A stretch of 63,749 nt of DNA, filler included, from Licmophora abbreviata (GCA_900291995.1; 19 parts of 19 records of this genome joined end to end with filler, not necessarily neighbours in it), one strand, 5' to 3'; positions 23,653 to 36,492 are shown, numbered from the whole stretch's first letter. Translations and numbers: made by a program. Notes: a model not told the origin generated them from the letters alone.

Positions 23653-25308
23653 ATGCCACCTCGAATGTTTCTGTGGAGTCGGCACACTGTCTTCTTTATG
23701 CTTAGCGCCTTGGTTACGAGCAGCAGCGCCAAAACGACAATGACGACACTTGCCTTCACATCCGCCAGCACTCGTCGCGTCGTGAGATCCGTCACAACAC
23801 GTCCCTCTCCTTGGACGTGCTTCTCGATCAAAGCCTCTACTGCTCTTGATACATCGACTGCCGACACTCCTGCGGAACTGCCCGAATTCTCCAGCAAACA
23901 AGGATATCTGGACTTTTTGGAAGCCGCGTCGGCACTCCCCAAGGGATTTGCCACGGGCACGGCTTCTGGGACCTTTGTCTCGCAAGAAGCTCCCGCCATG
24001 GGCGATTTGCCCATTCGAGGGACTGTTATTCATTTGGTGAGTCTATCCAGAATTTCGTAGTGTGGGAAAGTAGTACTTGATGTGTGACTGGAGACATCTT
24101 TGTTCGTTGCTCCTTGCTCAATCAAATGCATCATATGCGTGACTCTTTCACAGACTGAAGGACCAACCGACAATTGGGCTGCTGTCTTTACACAAAATAA
24201 GTTTCCTGGCGCTCCCATCCACGTGGGTCGCTCGCGTTTGGAACAGGGCGGGCCGCTCCATGCCCTTGTCATCAACAACAAGGTATCCAATGTGTGTTCC
24301 GGAGGCGACGGAGTGGCAGACTCCGAACGAGTCTGCGAGGCTGTCGCCGACGCATTGAACCTGCCGGGTGGGGCGGAGTCCGTCTTGCCCTCCTCGACGG
24401 GTGTGATTGGATGGAGACTTCCGGCGAAGGAGTTGGCAGAGCAGGTGGTGCCCAAGGCGGCGAAAGCGATGCAGACCAAGAGCGGCTTGGATGCGGCCAG
24501 TGCCATCATGACGACGGATCGGTACCCAAAGTTGCGGAGCAAGACGCTCTCCAATGGAGCTAGGATTGTCGGTATTGCCAAGGGTGCTGGGATGATTGAA
24601 CCTAACATGGCCACAATGCTGTCCTACATTCTGACGGATGCGGAGATCCAGAGGAGTGACTTGCAGCGCATTCTCACGGATGCCGCAGACACTTCCTTTA
24701 ATAGCATCTCGGTAGACGGCGACGAATCCACGAGCGACACGACGGCCTTGATTGCATCGAATCAAGTCAAAATAGGCTCAGAAGACGAGTTACAAGAATT
24801 CGAAGCGGCGCTGCGGGAAGTTACCTTGGGACTGGCCCACGACTTGGTCCGCAATGGCGAAGGAACGGGACATGTGATTCGCGTCGCGATTGCCAACTTT
24901 CCCGGAAGTGACCTCGAGGCGCGTCGATTGGGACGTCACGTTGTCAACTCGCCGCTTTTCAAGTGTGCTGTCAGTGGGAACGATCCAAATACAGGACGGT
25001 TGGCGGCAGCGATTGGATCCTTCATGGGCAAGTTTAAGAACGACGAAGGAGTCGACAAGATGTCGTTGAAACTGGGCGGACGCATCATTTTTGACAATGG
25101 CAAGTTTGTTCTCGAAGGCGATGAGGTGGAGAAGGAACTGAGCGCTCACATGGAAAACGCGCAACAAGGAGAAGAAGACGAGTATCCGCAGCACCAGCGA
25201 TGTGTCGAGATTGAAGTCGACTTCAAGAATGGAGATGCGAATGCTGTTGTGATGGGAAGCGATTTGACGAATGAATACATTTCTGTCAATGCCGATTACC
25301 GGTCGTAA
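23653..25308 (+). CDS. argJ: Ornithine acetyltransferase / glutamate N-acetyltransferase (ArgJ), probably plastid-targeted; intron 24037-24153
   Basis: STGVIG, IMTTD, AKGAGMIEPNMATML (autocleavage Thr), DGDESTSDT, YISVNADYRS; N-terminal leader with LA-FTSAS. Confidence 0.95.
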
Positions 25309-25499
25309 TAAAATCCTGAAGTAAGTAATAAATAGAGCTGTTGCTATTGGTATTGACTAGTAACACGACGAGGACTGCATTATCGTATCGGTATCCACCT
25401 CGACACACTCGGCCTACATTCCAATCCACTCGATGTCCATGCAAACTTTGGTTATAAATTCCCTTCCCAACCCATTCACACATTGTAGTTTACGCTCGC

Positions 25500-27176
25500 T
25501 TATTCGCGCACCTGTCGCGACGGCATGGACGGCGTACCCGGCATGGTGGCAATGTGCGGCGCCAATTTTTCTTCCAAGACGTGCATGAGCTCCATGGGAC
25601 TAGCAAACTCGTGATTGTTCTTGAGGTCTTGTTGAATTTCGTCCAATACAGCACTATCCCATCCACCCAAACCAACCAGCTCGGTGATTGCCACACTGGG
25701 CGTGACAAGGGGACAATCCGGCGTGAGGTGCATACCGCAGGCAATGCCACAGTTCAAGGAGCACATGATTTCTTGCGAGGCATTGGGGCGAAGGTTGTGG
25801 AGTTTGGTGACGTAGCGGGCACGCAGATGCGCAAGTTCGGCGATGCGACTGGTGAGCGTGAGAATTCGGGAATGGGCCTCGCGAACAACAAAGCGCAAAT
25901 CATGGACGGGACCGAGGCGTTGGGCGACTTGAACCAAGTCGTCGAGGGGAGGAAGCGTGAGTTGAGCCTTACTAGGGGGGAGAGTCGTGGCAGACGGCGA
26001 CGAGTTGCTGCCGTCGTCGTCATTGGCGAGCGTTTCAAACTCAAGTGTCGTGTTGGTAAGATACTTGGCCGAGACGACCGCCATTTCGTTGTTCTTCTTG
26101 TTGTTTTGGTTTGTCGGAGACAGTGTAATGAGCACCATATGTTCGTACGCTAATTCAAGGGTGAGTAGAATGGCAGAGGGGGAGAGGGACGTATCGCTCG
26201 TCGGCGCGTTCTCCTTGTCGCCTGTAGTAGTGGTGGAACGATGCGCGCCATTCTCCTTCACACTGACGATACGCACACCTCCAAGCTCTTGCACCGCCGC
26301 ATTGATGCTCTGGTACCATGCAGTCATGGTATCAAGCTCCTGCGCACGCATTCGCATGTTGCGCGCTTCCGCTTCCGCAGTGGCAAAATCCACCTTGCCA
26401 AGCTCCCCCGCCGCCGACGGTACATTACTCTGCTGCAAGACGAGCGACTGTGTGCGCGACGCCGTCTCATTGGTGATTTGCGCCAGTTCCTCGCGCAGGG
26501 CTTGTTCTCGTGCCTGCAATTGATGCAAACGTTCCTGCTGATACTCCAAGTCTTGGTCTTCCACGTCGTCGTCGTCGTCGTCGTCACTGTCTTGCGCAGT
26601 GTCGTTCTCGTGATTGGACTCCAGTTCTTGAATCATCGTTTCCAGTTCCTTCTTGCGCGTTTGAAAGACTCGATGGTAGGTCTGGAAGTCGTGAACGGTG
26701 GCGTGCGTGTCGGCAAGACGTTGGATCAGGTCTTGGCGGACTTGGTCTCGCTGCTTCTGCAAGTCGGTCCAGTCCGAGGCGGTCGGCATCGGTGCTTGGA
26801 GTGCAAGCGTCGAGGTGCCATTCTTGTCGTCGTCTTTGTAGGTTCCGACGCCATCCATAAAGGNNNNNNNNNNNNNNNNNNNNNNNNNNNNNNNNNNNNN
26901 NNNNNNNTTAATTAATTAANNNNNNNNNNNNNNNNNNNNNNNNNNNNNNNNNNNNNNNNNNNNGCCATCCATAAAGGTCTGCCCAAGACGTTGTTGGAGA
27001 TAGTGCTGTTTGGCTTGTTCGAAACGAGACGGGTCGAGGAGAGGTTTCTTGTCGTCGTCATCCAGCGGCAGCGTCATTGCGTCCACGAGCTTGCGGTCGG
27101 GCTCGATCTCTTCTAGGACATCGAGGGTGGCGCGGAGCTGAGCGATTCTGCGAGAATTGGAAGACGAAGTAGACAT
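25500..27176 (-). CDS. Uncharacterised coiled-coil protein with globular C-terminus (continuous across the 14-nt overlap at spacer 26864-26963)
   Basis: Long open frame, Q/E/L-rich heptad segments, poly-Asp, then alternating beta-like segments. Confidence 0.7.
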
Positions 27177-27675
27177 GGCAGTAGAGAGTCTGTCTGTGCG
27201 ACTCTTGGCGAGAAAAAGAGCAAACAATGCAGTGCGGTAGTCGCGTGATGTCGTGATGGTGGTGATTTCAGATTGCGACACTCTCGACGAAGAACTTTGG
27301 CGTGCTGCGCCTTTTCGTTGCAGTTGCTTTCGTTGCTTTTGCCCATGGCATTGGATCCGCGCGGACTTCCACGCAAAGTTTGTACCGGGTGTTCAAATCT
27401 TTGGAGTTCGGCAGAGACGTCATACTGATATCTTTTGTTTAACTCATCCTTTTTCAGCGTTCTTGTTGAACATCAGTCACTTTTGAATGCATTAGTTTTG
27501 CTCATGTGTGGACGACAAGGAGTGCTCGCCAACCTTCCCGCACTTTTTCACTCAGTTGGTTCTCAGTTTTTCGCTGTTGTCGCTTTTGCTTCTGTTTGGT
27601 ACCGCTATTGTGAGACAACTACACTGTTTCTCTCTTTGTCTTTCTAGTTTTTGATTCCTCCGCCTCCATACGAGC

Positions 27676-28903
27676 ATGCGCATGCAACTGACGATATACG
27701 CGGAGAAGCTAAAGAATGTCGCAGGTCTTCTCGGCGGCACGAGCGATCCCTATGCCGTAGTCGAAATCACAGGCGGTCCAAAGGCGGGAACCAAACTGGG
27801 GCGTACTGAAACGTGAGTAGAGCGAAGCAGGTGTAGTGCGCTGTCTCTCGATCAATGGTGGTCTCACTCTAAATTTATACACATTCTGCACCCTTGATTC
27901 ATTGACGCTCCCAGCATTCAAAATTCACTTTCGCCCGACTTTTGCAAAATGATCTTTGTCGACAGCGACCCCAACGTCATTATGCCCTTTCGAGTTACGC
28001 TTTACGATGAAAATAAAAACGCTGCTGACAAGCTCATGTGTGAAGCTAATTTTGCCGACTTATACAGTGTCTATGGGTGCGTGGGGGACAGCGAGGTGCC
28101 CAAGCACACGCAGTTTGCGCGAGTCAGTGGAGGGAGTAGCAATGGAAGAATCTATGTGCATTTGGAACAGAGTGTTCAAGGAGATAAGCGGGGGTACTTT
28201 GGATTGCAAGTTAGAGGATTAGACGTCAAGAATGTGAGTACGGGGGATCTTAGTGCATGAGAAGTGTTGACTGTGTGCTTCGAACTGTTGCTTACGTCTA
28301 TGTATACTGCTGCGTATTGCTTGTTTCGTTCTACCTGTACTCGTACAGGTCGAGACGGGGGTGCTTGGACTCGGTCGTTCCGATCCATTCTTTGAAATTG
28401 CAAAGAAAGAAGCCGATCCAGACAATGGAATTGTTCGATGGTACGTCTTGCCAACTTTTTGAACTTGCGTGAACAGGTAGAGCGCTTCTCTCGTACGATC
28501 TATGTCGTCGTGCCGTTCCTTGCGTCGTGCAACTCAACCACGACACGCACCACCTCACCCCGCTCACTACTTGTGCGATACCCTCTGCACGTAGGAACAC
28601 TGTGTATCGCTCTGATCCAGTCATTGACAACCTCAATCCCTTTTGGGACAAGGTCACTTGGCTGACGTTGGAAGAGTCGTGTTATTGCGATACCGACTGG
28701 CCGCTCAAGATTGTTCTGCACGATTGGCAACAGAACGGGAAGCATAGATTGATTGGACAAGTCGAAACGACCATTGACGAATTGCAACAACGGAAAGCGA
28801 AAAACAATGGGGATCGGGAGAATGCTCTTGTTCTAACAAAGGAGGGAAAGCAAAGAACAAGGGACTTTTGGTCATTATTGAAGCGGACTTGAAATTAGAA
28901 TAA
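27676..28903 (+). CDS. Copine-like tandem C2-domain protein without vWA domain; introns 27813-27914, 28234-28348, 28441-28594; apparent 1-nt frameshift near 28858
   Basis: KLKNVAGLLGGTSDPYAVV, GLDVKNVE.G.LGLGRSDPFFEI, VYRSDPVIDNLNPFW, LHDWQQNGKHRLIGQVETT. Confidence 0.88.
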
Positions 28904-29036
28904 CGCTAGTGCCGAGTAGTCATCTGCAGTGTGTGATGTATGCGAGTTTGTGTCAAGCGGACCTAGTCTAGATCGTAATTTGCGCTAATCATTGCGAATG
29001 CAGAATGATCCTTGTCATCATAGAATTTATTCTGGA

Positions 29037-31180
29037 CTACGACCGCCAATAGACACCCCCGCAGTCAGTCATGAGAGACGAACCAACACTCCGCCAAAAC
29101 GCCTCGTGTACTGCATCGCTCATAGAAATCGTCTTGCGGAACTCTTGATATCGCTGTTTCACGTCGCGAGGTAGATTCTCACAGTGATCCAAATGCGACA
29201 AACAAAGACGCCACATGGACCTCGACAGCATTTCCGTCGAATGAGGAAATACATACGATCCTTTCTCGCCAATCCCTGGCTTCTTCCGACAGAAAAGACA
29301 CCGAACTCCAACTTGCCCTCGACATGGAATGGAGTCATCGTCGTCATCGTCTGACAGCGCCAACTGTTTACAGAGATGTATTACATCGGCCTCTGTAGCA
29401 GTCGTTAACTCCACGAGATAGTCTATGGAATCGATAAGATCCATGCGATCAAACTTCCTGCTCTCGTCTCGATTAAACGAATGCGTCGCGGTTGTCTCAC
29501 GGAATGCCGGAACGTAGAATCCGCTTGGAGAGGACTTGACGAAGGGACAGACTGCCTTGTGCGCCATTAGCTCCACAACCGTCCGGTATCCTCTCATAGG
29601 GCAAGCCGGGCAGTCATATCGAACCTTGCAACATGCTTCTTCATGCGCATCCAATTGTCCTTTAGATCTGAAGCCCCCCATGTGACATCCCGAGCAGACA
29701 AACTCCACATCAAGGACGTGCGCTCCATCATACTCAATCAAAGGCCCATCCGTGTGGCCGTCAGCGTCCTCAGGAATTAGTGGGTCCAGGCATTCGGCGA
29801 TCTCTGATTCGTTCTGTTCGACCCAGTCAATTGATCGCATTTGTGTCAGTGCCCGCTGGCAAATAGATGCGGGGATGGGGGCAGGCGGTGCAGTCCAACA
29901 AAATTGCTCAAACTCGATCGCATCAAAGTGTCGAAGGCGTCCCAAACCGAAGTGCAGATTGCCATTTTTGACCACTTGAACAGTCGAGTTGACGGTTAAT
30001 AGTTCCTGGAGACAACTGAGCCGATTGACCTCAAATAGCAATATACGAGTGTCGTCATCGTCAAATAGAAATGCAGGTACGAACGTGGCGTGGCAAGCCT
30101 TCACCAGCAGTGCGAGGCCTTCCAAGATATGCTCACACGATATGTCCCGTTCGTCAAGCGCATGAGACCAAATGTTCGCCGACAGGTCGTCGTCCAGTAA
30201 ACACCCTGTTTCTTCAAGCAAATCGTAGAGCGATGGCGAGGTGCGCAGGCCGTCGTTACACACCGCCATGGCTCCCGCGATGACCCCGTTGAGATCATCA
30301 ATGAAGCCTCCTTCATTCCGAGTCTCCATGCCATCACCGACAGAAGCCAACGATACACGCGTCGACTTTGTTGAGTCTCCAAAGCGAGAGTCGACGCCGA
30401 AGAATTGCAATCTCGCACGAGTCAGTATGATCCATGGGTGATTACCAACGAAAGGGCAAGATCGAGCGATAGCCAAAAATCCGCCTGCTGTCTCCGCATA
30501 GGAAAAGACACTCTCATGGGTCTCCACCTGCTCGCCAATCTCAACAATTACGTGAGCACAAACGCACCACAACCCTGTTAGTCGCTCTCGCAAGTGACTT
30601 AGGCAAGAACGATCGATTTTATCGTCCCCACTGTTTCGTCGAATTGCAAACAGCAAGTCCCCCGCGTCTCGGTACCATGCAAATAGCGTGTCATGACATA
30701 ACTTCATGGCTGACGCGAGCAGTCCAGCCTTGATCTTGATAGACGCGAGCTGATGCACAGTATGATAATCATATTTTTTGANNNNNNNNNNNNNNNNNNN
30801 NNNNNNNNNNNNNNNNNNNNNNNNNTTAATTAATTAANNNNNNNNNNNNNNNNNNNNNNNNNNNNNNNNNNNNNNNNNNNNTCGTGCTCAAGATGCAATG
30901 GCCTTCGTACCACAGATTCCCTATGGTTAGAAGATAACGATCCACACTGCTCCAGCAGCGACGGCTTATTTCGTCTTGGCGCCAACGAGGGCTGCGGCGG
31001 TGCTGACGCTGGTCTTGATGTGGGCCGCGGACGTCCTGCTAAACTAGCGGAGTGCTGCGTATCGCGAACAACAAGCCGTGATGGTTCATTGGGTGTAAGT
31101 TCCCGTCGGCATGATGAGGACGACTTTTTACTTTTCACCTCACGACTTCCCATGAGAGGCTTGAGAATACTCCTCAACAT
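29037..31180 (-). CDS. Uncharacterised protein with two C2HC/C2H2-like zinc fingers and a C-terminal GQVGVRCxxC...HxxxC domain; interrupted by spacer 30782-30881
   Basis: FVCSGC...LDAHEEAC, YDCPAC...LMAHKAVC, GQVGVRCLFCR...FP...SHLDHCENLP; link to the 5' piece 30882-31180 is inferred. Confidence 0.7.
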
Positions 31181-31831
31181 GGTGCAAATCTCAGTCAGGT
31201 ATCCAAGATTTCCGGTGAAGCGTCTCGCTTTTCGAAAAAAAAACAATAAATTCGTGCGATTGCCTCGATGCACCGAGTTCACGAGCCTTTCGGTGCGAGA
31301 GCGTCTTCAGCAACACAAGCGCTTTCTACTTCGACAACCTCGTTTGGCTTATCCGTCGCTCAAAGCACCCTATGAACAATCATGAACGGCGATGACTTGT
31401 CTTCCGTGTATACTGGGTCAAGGCTTCCACGATATGGCGATACCGTGTTACCGTGAACCTCGTTCTACTGCAGCTCTCGCGCGAGTTTCATTTTTTTCGT
31501 GATGGAATTCCAAATTCTAAAGGGTTAGGGTTTGGCTTGCGCGGGAAAGTCTGTCCTCGGTCGGCCACCGGGCACGAAAGACATTTTTCGTTCCCGCGAG
31601 ATTGTGCTTCGCGCGATGTATTTCTAGTCTCTTAAATTGTACCATGGCGTTTTCTCTCTACCCCCATACACAACGCCACAATCAATCAATGAAATGAAGC
31701 CTGGCGTCAATGCAAAGGTAGATGTGTAACTCTCTGCTTTGTCTCGTTGTTCGTCTTGGCAGCAGAACTCGCTCAGGACTGTTCTTCGTGTGTCAGGAAA
31801 TCAAGTTAACAACAAGGTCATCGTCGATACA

Positions 31832-34721
31832 ATGAGTGGCGTTCAATATAGTTCGCGACGGAAGTCAGCCTACAGGATTCTTTCAATTTCGACAAAATTA
31901 CTGCTCATCCTTCTCTCCCTTGCATCTAGTGACGAACTTGCCGGTATTCAGGGTCGAAATGAAACTTCGGGGGGAGCAGCTCCATCTGAACAATCGACAG
32001 CTGATGCGTTGAAAGAGACCGTCAACGTGAATACGACGGCGATGACAGCTGTAAACTCGACCGACTTGAAAGACCTCGACGTCAAAATTCACGACTTGGA
32101 ACTGAAGCTCGAGGAGGACCTCCAGAAAGTCGAACGCGATGCTCATGACGTTTCTGACCCGCTTGATGAGGAAACGAAAGTAGATTCCGCTGCATCCAAG
32201 CGAAGACGCAAGACGACACGCCAAGCTCCGCCAGTAGCTAATTACAGCAACGAAACGGAACTGGACCACGACCTGTCTCTTGTGCGTACTGATATTCATG
32301 AATTGGTGAAATCGATTTTAGATGCCGAACATGAAGTGGAGCGATTGCGCGCCAGAATGGTAAGCGAAGAGCGAATACTCAAACACAAGACGGCCACCAT
32401 GAAAACCGAACAAATATTGGACGATCTGCATCGCGGAAAGCTCAATGTCAAAGTTGACTATGTCACTGGGAAACTTATTGCCAGTAAAAAGGATGGTGCT
32501 GGTAGTAGTGCCAAGACAAGAACCTTGGTATCTTCACCGGCAGGTGAAACAGAGCTGGTGGTATCGAATGAGACCGTACCAATCGTTGACAGCGGCCACA
32601 CGGTGGAAATCAACGCAACTGAAAGTACTATTGCGACATTAGATACTTTGAATGTCGAATCAGTGAACGGCACTGTCGCATCTACCACTGAAGCTTCGAC
32701 TGTGGAAGAAGAGAATGATGAAAAGGCGTTGGAGGACATTATCGAGGCAGCGCTACACAAGAAGGTGCCCGCCGAAGAGCACGACGCCTCCTTGGCCAAG
32801 CCGAAAGAGTCCCAGGACGAAGATGAGATCGAGATGGACCCAGAATTGCAAAATCGTGTCAAGGAAGAGATTGAGTCGCTTCGCTCGGAAGCCGATCCAG
32901 CTGTCTTGACATTCGACGTAAATTTGCTCGTAGACGTTGTCCAGCTTGCCATTACCGCCGCATTCTTCGGGCTGATGGCCGTTGTTCTCAGATTGCCTCC
33001 CACCGCAGGCTTTTTGGTTGGCGGCATGTTGATTGGGCCAAGCTTCCTGGATGTGATTGGGGAAATCCACGCTGTGCATACCTTGGCACAGTTCGGGAGT
33101 ATTTTCCTTCTGTTTGAGCAAGGTTTGCTATACTCGCAGACGTACTCTGGTGTTGCTGTCTCGGGCAGAAAAGGTTCCACTTTCGATGCCTCAGACGAAG
33201 GCGAGCCAACCGACGAGGTTCATGCCGGAGAGAGTTCCTCTCTAGTGAGTAAGAGCAGCGTCTTGCATTCCCGACGTAGGGCAAGGATGCTTGAACAAGT
33301 TCCTTCATCCGCATTATCAAACTCTAGTGGTACTGAGCATGACCCGAATCTTGTCGGCTCAGTTGTTCTGATCTTGCTGACGTTTACGACGCTAACGATC
33401 GTTGTCATGACGGACGTTGTGTCCTCGGTATCGGAGGCAATCACTGTATCCTGCTCCATTGCTATCTGTAGCACAACGATTGTTAGCGAGAATCTAGCTG
33501 CTACGAACCTTGCGAGAACCCAGTGGGGATATGGCGTGCTCAAAATGATTGCCATGCACGACCTATTTATGGTCCCGCTGCTTGCGTTGCCGGAACTGCT
33601 CAATTCCTTTGTCGACTTCGGCGGTACCGACGACAAACGGGACAAACAGAGCGAGACGGATATGGAATGGAGCCTCAGAAACGTTTCGGTGCGCATCGTC
33701 CTTGTCGCTGTCTTTTTCAAGGCTTGTATGTTTCTAGGCAAGCACGTCGTGGCGGCAGCGAACTATGCTCAGTCGCGCATGATGGGTGAGAAGGGCGAGC
33801 TCTTCACGCTTAGTATCGTTGCTTATACTTTACTTATAGCCAGCTTGTCGGCCGAGCTGGAGCTATCCATNNNNNNNNNNNNNNNNNNNNNNNNNNNNNN
33901 NNNNNNNNNNNNNNTTAATTAATTAANNNNNNNNNNNNNNNNNNNNNNNNNNNNNNNNNNNNNNNNNNNNCTTAGTATCGTTGCTTATACTTTACTTATT
34001 GCCAGCTTGTCGGCCGAGCTGGAGCTATCCATCGAAGCAGGCGCAGTTCTAGCTGGCATCGCGCTCTTGAAGTCACCGCACGTGCCGAAAGTACTGGCGT
34101 CCATCGAGTCGATCACGAGCGTATTTGGAGGAATGTACATGACGTCGCTGGGCATGATCATATCTCCCTCATTCGTCGTGGAAGAGGCTAGCTCCATCAT
34201 TCAGCTTGTCTTTTTGATTGGCTTATTCAAGCTCGCACTCGTCTCTACGATCTTGAATCGAGTGTTTGATTACGGGATCACGGCGTCCCTAGCCGTCGGC
34301 AGTGCCATGGCGCAAATATCAGAGACCTCTCTGGTTGTATTGGCCAAGGGTCAGCACGTTGGGTTAGTCAGTCGCAAAACGTACTTGCTGCTGATTCCAA
34401 CTACGTGTATTATGCTGTCCATGGCACCGTTCTCCGCCGCTCATCTGTGAGTATACCGTATCGCTCTGTACAACGAGTAACCTTTACGACGTGTCGTCTC
34501 ACGGCCTATTTGTTCTGTTTTCCCCACTTTGCTTGTGAACTGCCCCCAGTCGCCGACTCAAGATGCAAGAAGTGACAGGGAACGACGATGGCAAGGTTCC
34601 GTACTATCTGTGCTTTCTGAAGCGGTTCAGGTTACTGCGGCACCCTAATTCGACCGGTATACCGCTCCACTCGTCAACGAGTCACTACGCCGACGAGCAC
34701 CTATCGGAACATCGAAGATAG
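31832..34721 (+). CDS. CPA2-family cation/H+ antiporter (KEA4-6/TMCO3-like) with N-terminal coiled coil; overlap-gap at 33871-33970; intron 34447-34548
   Basis: DPAVL, LPPTAGFLVGGMLIGPS, TLAQFGSIFLLFEQG, CSTTIV, MHDLF, LSIEAGAVLAG, AMAQISE. Confidence 0.88.
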
Positions 34722-34878
34722 CAAGAGAATGCGCGTAGTGGGGTGACGAGGGAATTGTACTAAACTAGAGTGTGAAACTGCGAATCAAATTGTTCTTTTA
34801 GATAGTTCTGAACAAGAAGAAGAAGTAAAGCCAAATCAATCGATTCTTCCATTAGTTTATTTAGCCAACAGTAGAAGT

Positions 34879-35430
34879 CTAACCAAAGTAGGTAGTAGGC
34901 CGGACCGTGGAGTATGTCCTGTCAGAGAGAGCTTTTTGTCCACGCTTTCCACTCGCGACGCGGTGGACAAGGGGGAACTTGACATTGGCCTTGGCGAATT
35001 GCATGCCGTTCGGACGACGCAAGTCGGCAGCCTTGACCTCGGCGGTGCGGATAATTTGGATGGAACGAGGACGCGTGCGGTGTCGACCGGCCATTTCATC
35101 GTAGAGCTGCGAGACAGCACCCGTCAAGGTAACATCTCTGAATTCACGGTACATGTTGTGCGTTCCTGATCGAGACGAGTAACGAAGCCAGATGCCATAG
35201 TTCTTGACAGTGCGGGAGTTCTTTTCGGTCAATTCGACCACATCCAAGATTTCACCAGTGGTCTTCTTCATCTTGTGGAACTGGTGCAGGTAATACCAGA
35301 ACTTGGACTTGGCAATAACCTGGTTGGGGGCAAAAATAATCATACGAAATGCCTCCGGGTTGGGGTGGTCCTCAGTGGGGGCCTTGCGGCCCACCACTTG
35401 GAATTGGCGCATCACTCCTGCAACGGTCAT
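34879..35430 (-). CDS. RPL18A: 60S ribosomal protein L18a (eL20)
   Basis: FAPNQVIAKSKFWYYL..KMKKTTGEI, VKNYGIWLRYSSRSGTHNMYREFRD, EMAGRHR, RPTTYF. Confidence 0.97.
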   Translation of the reverse strand: MTVAGVMRQFQVVGRKAPTEDHPNPEAFRMIIFAPNQVIAKSKFWYYLHQFHKMKKTTGEILDVVELTEKNSRTVKNYGIWLRYSSRSGTHNMYREFRDVTLTGAVSQLYDEMAGRHRTRPRSIQIIRTAEVKAADLRRPNGMQFAKANVKFPLVHRVASGKRGQKALSDRTYSTVRPTTYFG

Positions 35431-36069
35431 CTGAGTAGGTCAGAAAGAAGAGGTGGCGTGAGACGACGGCTTCTGATAGGGTCTTCACTTCAAGATAAGG
35501 CTCGTATAGCAGCTGGCGGAAATCCATATGACAGCCGCCATGACGCGTCCAAAGCAGTGTCCAATAGTGGCTGATCACGGTGGCTCATGTCCCGACGACC
35601 GATGATGCTAATTTCGTCCCATTTCTTCTTCTATGATCGATCCCACGCAATCCATTACACTTGCACATGTATCTCAGACACTCTGAAGACAATCGTCCTC
35701 CTCCTTTCCTCAAACATGGCTGAAATCTCGCCATTGTCGACGCACCTTGCTATTCCCTTTGAGCCTGCGGAAAGATGCTCGGCCACCAAGTGCTGGTCGT
35801 ATACTGTCGTACTGACGCTACTATGGTAGTAAGAGGTAAGAGGCTTTCAGTGTGTCTGTGTCAGTCTAAGTGTCCATGTCTAGCATGACTCTGTGTCTGT
35901 CTGTGTGCTCGTTTCGTTCTCTCACAGAGATGGCGCGCCGCGAAGAGCCACACGTAGAAATCACTACGATTTCTACTAGACCTGTTCCGTCCCAAGTCGT
36001 CGCATGGTATCCTGCGCCTCGTTTGCTGCTGCTGTGTCATTTAGCTCGTGTCGATTCTATCCCTTGACC

Positions 36070-36492
36070 ATGTCCGACCCTGCTGGAGAAACTGGGGCCG
36101 CCGAGCCCATTACTATTCGTGTCCGTGATCAGGTGAGTCCGAGAAGCGACATGGAAGAGAGGAAGAGATGTTGCACCGTGAAAATGACAAGCATGCGCCA
36201 GCGACGACTCGACTCGGCTTCTCTGCTACTACAAGTATACTCACGCGTGTGTCTTTCTTGTCCTCCTCCTCCTCATCTTCAGACAGGAGAAGAGACCTTC
36301 TTCAAGATCAAAAAGACGACGAAAATGTCCAAGGTCTTTGAAACGTATGCGCAGCGAAAGGGCGTGCAGAGCTCGTCTCTTCGATTCTTGCTGGACGGAG
36401 AGCGCATTGAACCCGAACAGACACCGAAGATGCTGGAACTCGACGATCAGGACCAGATCGATTGTATGCTGGAGCAGACGGGAGGTTACTAA
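36070..36492 (+). CDS. SUMO: SUMO (Smt3-like); intron 36133-36282
   Basis: ITIRVRDQ|TGEETFFKIKKTTKMSKVF...LRFLLDGERI...IDCMLEQTGGY. Confidence 0.97.
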   Translation: MSDPAGETGAAEPITIRVRDQVSPRSDMEERKRCCTVKMTSMRQRRLDSASLLLQVYSRVCLSCPPPPHLQTGEETFFKIKKTTKMSKVFETYAQRKGVQSSSLRFLLDGERIEPEQTPKMLELDDQDQIDCMLEQTGGY

